A stretch of 64,000 nucleotides of DNA from an uncultured Chloroflexia bacterium. Lineage in GTDB: Bacteria; Chloroflexota; Anaerolineae; Anaerolineales; UBA11579. Under the pieces are notes generated by a model. That model ran no database searches. It worked only from the letters and a program-made list of their open reading frames with translations, and was not told where the DNA came from. Shown here one piece after another: positions 60,978-64,000 of the stretch. The position numbers and the translations under genes were made by a program. The stretch lies in NCBI GenBank assembly GCA_963797275.1, contig CAWCOT010000005.1, positions 3,668 to 67,667 on the forward strand, given 5' to 3'. Every line of letters begins with the position of its first letter. Within the stretch, counting starts at the first letter, position 1.

Positions 60978-62123
60978 ATGGACGCCCTTTTTTTTGTTGG
61001 GCTGTTGTTCCTCGCCCTGGTGAAGGCCACGCCCATTGCCTTTGGGGCGATGTCCGGCCTGCTATGTGAACGTTCCGGTGTGATTAACATCGCCATCGAA
61101 GGCATGATGTTGATCGCCGCCATGATGGCTTTCCTGGGCTCGATCTTATTCGATAACCTGACTGGCGGAACTTACCCCCATGTGGTCAGCCTGCTTGCCG
61201 GGCTGGTGGCTGCCGTCATTTCCGCCGCCCTGGTTGCTTTATTGCACGCCTGGCTGTCTATTAAATACAAGGTCGATCAGATCATCAGCGGGACGGTGAT
61301 CAACTTGTTGGCTGTCGGCATCACCAACTTTACCGCCAATGCCTATATTGACCCGTCCCGTCTCTCCGGCCTGGGGGTCTTCCCCGAAGCGCGTGTGCCT
61401 ATTCTTGCCGATATTCCCATTATCGGGCCGCTTTTCTTTACGCATCAGCCCTTGGTTTACGTCATGCTGATACTGGTGGTGCTGCTTCAATATGCGTTGT
61501 TTCGCACACCCTGGGGTCTGCGGACTCGCGCAGTCGGGGAACACCCGCGCGCTGCAGATACAGTAGGTATTAACGTGATTCGTACGCGTTACATCAATGT
61601 GACCCTAGGGGGTGCGTTGGCCGGCTTGGGTGGAGCTTTCCTGGTGCTCGAGAGCGTTGGTCGTTTTCAAAAATTGATGACCACTGGGCGCGGCTTTATT
61701 GCCCTGGCTGCACTGATTTTCGGGAAATGGACCTCGGTTGGCTCATTGGCCTCTGCCCTGTTGTTCGGCTTTTCTGAAGCCCTTGGCGTTCGTCTCCAAT
61801 TGGGTGATGTGAATGAAGTGCAAGCGCTCTTGATGGTGATTGGTGTTGCCCTTGCCGCGCTGGCCTTGGTGTGGGTGGCCATCAAGCTTTTCAAGCGTGC
61901 AGAAGACAAACGCTCGGCCACGTTGATCGCCGGTGTCGGGTTTTCCGGGATAGTGCTAATCGGCATCGCGTATTTAGTTGACCTTCCCTCTATTTCCATT
62001 CCGGTGCAATTCCTTGGCTTGCTGCCTTACTTAGCTACCATTTTTGTGCTGGCAGGCTTCGTCGGCCGGGCGATCCCGCCGGCAGCTGATGGGCAAGCCT
62101 ACGAAAGGGATTCCAGTGGCTGA
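60978..62123 (+). CDS. Nucleoside-type ABC transporter permease 2
   Basis: ERSGVINIAIEG, GLRTRAVGEHP.AADTVGINV, GRGFIALAA, LPY. Confidence 0.92.
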   Translation: MDALFFVGLLFLALVKATPIAFGAMSGLLCERSGVINIAIEGMMLIAAMMAFLGSILFDNLTGGTYPHVVSLLAGLVAAVISAALVALLHAWLSIKYKVDQIISGTVINLLAVGITNFTANAYIDPSRLSGLGVFPEARVPILADIPIIGPLFFTHQPLVYVMLILVVLLQYALFRTPWGLRTRAVGEHPRAADTVGINVIRTRYINVTLGGALAGLGGAFLVLESVGRFQKLMTTGRGFIALAALIFGKWTSVGSLASALLFGFSEALGVRLQLGDVNEVQALLMVIGVALAALALVWVAIKLFKRAEDKRSATLIAGVGFSGIVLIGIAYLVDLPSISIPVQFLGLLPYLATIFVLAGFVGRAIPPAADGQAYERDSSG

Positions 62124-63681
62124 GCCCATTCTGCGCCTCTCTGGGATTAGCAAGCATTTCCCGGGCGTCCAGGCTAATGACAAAGTTAATCTGGATTTAA
62201 AAGAGAGAGAAATTCACGCGCTGCTGGGCGAAAATGGCGCCGGCAAGACCACCTTGATGAATATCGTTTACGGCCTGTATAAACAAGACCGTGGCAAGAT
62301 ATTTATTCGGGGCACCGAAGCCAATATTGAAAGCCCCAAAGAAGCCCTGGCCCAAGGTATTGGCATGGTCCACCAGCATTTCATGTTGGTGCCGGTGATG
62401 ACAGTGACCGAGAACCTGATGCTTGGGCATGAAAGTGTTCATGGGGCAAATTTGGGACCACTTTCCGATCTGGATAATCAGAAGGTTGCTGCAGAAATCA
62501 AGGCCCTGGGGGAAAAGTATGGTTTGCCCATCCAGCCAGACATCCTGGTTCAAGATTTGTCTGTAGGCGAACAGCAGAGGGTCGAGATCGTTAAGGCCCT
62601 GTATCGTGGCGCCGAGGTGTTGATCCTGGATGAGCCGACAGCCGTGCTAACCCCACAAGAGGTCGAAGACCTCTTCAAGGTTTTGCGCGCCCTGGTGACC
62701 AACGACAAATCAATTATTTTTATTTCACATAAGCTAAAAGAAGTGCTGGAAATCGCAGATCGTATCACCGTGATGCGCGACGGCAAAGTAGTGGGGAGCA
62801 CGGTGCCTTCCAAGACAAATGAGAACAAGCTGGCCGCCATGATGGTGGGCCGCGAAGTCATTTTGCAGGTGAACAAGAAACCTGCCCGCCCGGGAGCAAT
62901 CGTACTGCAGGTCGAAAATTTGACGGTTAAGAATGACTTGGATCAAGTTGCCGTCAACAAGGTGAGCTTCGACGTGCGTGCCGGGGAAATATTGGGGGTA
63001 GCCGGAGTGCAGGGCAACGGCCAAACGGAATTGGTGGAAGCGCTTACCGGCCTGCGCGAGTCACAGGCAGGCACCACGCTGCTGCTCGGAAAGGACGTTT
63101 CTAATGCCTCTCCCAGGCGTATCACTGAGCTAGGCACGGCCCACATCCCCGAAGATCGCCAGCATGATGGCCTGACCCTGCCGTTTTCGGTGAGCGATAA
63201 CCTGGTGCTGAATACGTATTACAAAGCTCCGTACTCCAGGGGCCTGGAACTTCAAGAAGGCAATATCCTCAGCGCCGCGAGGGAGCGCATAAAGAATTTC
63301 GATATTCGAACACCAGGCCCGAACACCAGCGTGGGTTCGCTTTCAGGTGGAAACCAGCAGAAGGTTATTGTGGCCCGCGAGCTATCTCGCAGTGTCAGTC
63401 TGGTGATCGCTTCCCAACCCACGCGGGGTCTGGATGTAGGCTCTATTGAATACATCCACATCCAGCTTATCAAGAGCCGGGATGGCGGGGCAGCCGTGCT
63501 GCTGGTGTCTCCCGAGTTGGATGAGATCATGCAGCTTTCCGATCGTATCGCGGTTATGTTCCGGGGCAGGGTGGTGGATATCCTGGATGCTAAATCTGCG
63601 AACAGGCAAAAACTGGGTCTGCTCATGGCGGGTGTCGTCGATGATGGCACCAAGCCAAAGCGAAGAGCGGTAAAAAAGTGA
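62116..63681 (+). CDS. CUT2-type ABC ATP-binding protein (two ABC domains)
   Basis: GENGAGKT, ILDEPT, LSGGNQQK, QPTRGLD. Confidence 0.95.
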   Translation: MAEPILRLSGISKHFPGVQANDKVNLDLKEREIHALLGENGAGKTTLMNIVYGLYKQDRGKIFIRGTEANIESPKEALAQGIGMVHQHFMLVPVMTVTENLMLGHESVHGANLGPLSDLDNQKVAAEIKALGEKYGLPIQPDILVQDLSVGEQQRVEIVKALYRGAEVLILDEPTAVLTPQEVEDLFKVLRALVTNDKSIIFISHKLKEVLEIADRITVMRDGKVVGSTVPSKTNENKLAAMMVGREVILQVNKKPARPGAIVLQVENLTVKNDLDQVAVNKVSFDVRAGEILGVAGVQGNGQTELVEALTGLRESQAGTTLLLGKDVSNASPRRITELGTAHIPEDRQHDGLTLPFSVSDNLVLNTYYKAPYSRGLELQEGNILSAARERIKNFDIRTPGPNTSVGSLSGGNQQKVIVARELSRSVSLVIASQPTRGLDVGSIEYIHIQLIKSRDGGAAVLLVSPELDEIMQLSDRIAVMFRGRVVDILDAKSANRQKLGLLMAGVVDDGTKPKRRAVKK

Positions 63682-63699
63682 TAACCATCTGCTGAAGTG

Positions 63700-63730
63700 A
63701 AAAGAGGGCCTAAGGCCCTCTTTTTTGTTT
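63700..63730 (+). terminator. Intrinsic terminator
   Basis: AAAAGAGGGCC-TAA-GGCCCTCTTTTTT. Confidence 0.85.
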
Positions 63731-63755
63731 GTATAATCCTGGCCTTGGAGGCTAA

Positions 63756-64000
63756 ATGCGCAATCCTTAAAGGTTGAAGAAGTGGGCTTGTTTGTGCTGG
63801 GCTGCGCGGCGTATGCCTCTCTGGGGCTGAGTTGGCTGTGGTTTATCCTGCTGCTGTTTGCGCCGGACCTGGGCGCCATCGGTTACCTGGCCGGGCCGCG
63901 GGTTGGGGCGGTCACTTACAACGTTACGCATCACAAAGGCCTGGCCATTCTCTTCTATGTTCTGGGGGTTTACACTGCTTCGGTGCCCCTGGTGGTAGCC
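63756..64000 (+). CDS. DUF4260 family membrane protein (partial; indel near the start)
   Basis: RBS GGAGG; LKVEE...SWLWFILLLFAPDL..IGYLAGPRVGA..YN..H. Confidence 0.8.

Overview
GC-rich bacterial chromosome segment. Gene content and protein style point to Chloroflexota, probably Anaerolineae (inference): Pro/Thr-linker lipoproteins, QYFE-repeat secreted protein, TadE/TadG-like pilins, archaeal-type mevalonate genes, L9 with an acidic tail. About 13 genes, including rho and rimO, are split by short indels, so the assembly probably carries long-read errors; such genes are annotated as one CDS. Main contents: a decayed AT-rich nuclease-like remnant, an AAA_25 ATPase and a nested palindromic repeat array; a CADD-like oxidase; methylmalonyl-CoA mutase; tRNA-Glu(CTC); an ApbE/ferric-reductase-like/PepSY operon divergent from a two-component system; Tad minor pilins; homogentisate pathway genes; an archaeal-type HMG-CoA synthase/thiolase/DUF35 cluster whose thiolase lacks catalytic residues; an integron-cassette-like relic; tldD/pmbA, amtB, rho, chrA, rimO, rodZ, rplI; and a BMP-type ABC transporter. 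Best candidate for an undescribed system: the ApbE operon (10561-16566). It encodes no recognisable FMN-binding domain, but has two paralogous membrane-anchored proteins with T-R-[A/S]-S tails that resemble the [S/T]GA[S/T] flavinylation motif. All family assignments come from motif recognition by eye, not database searches.
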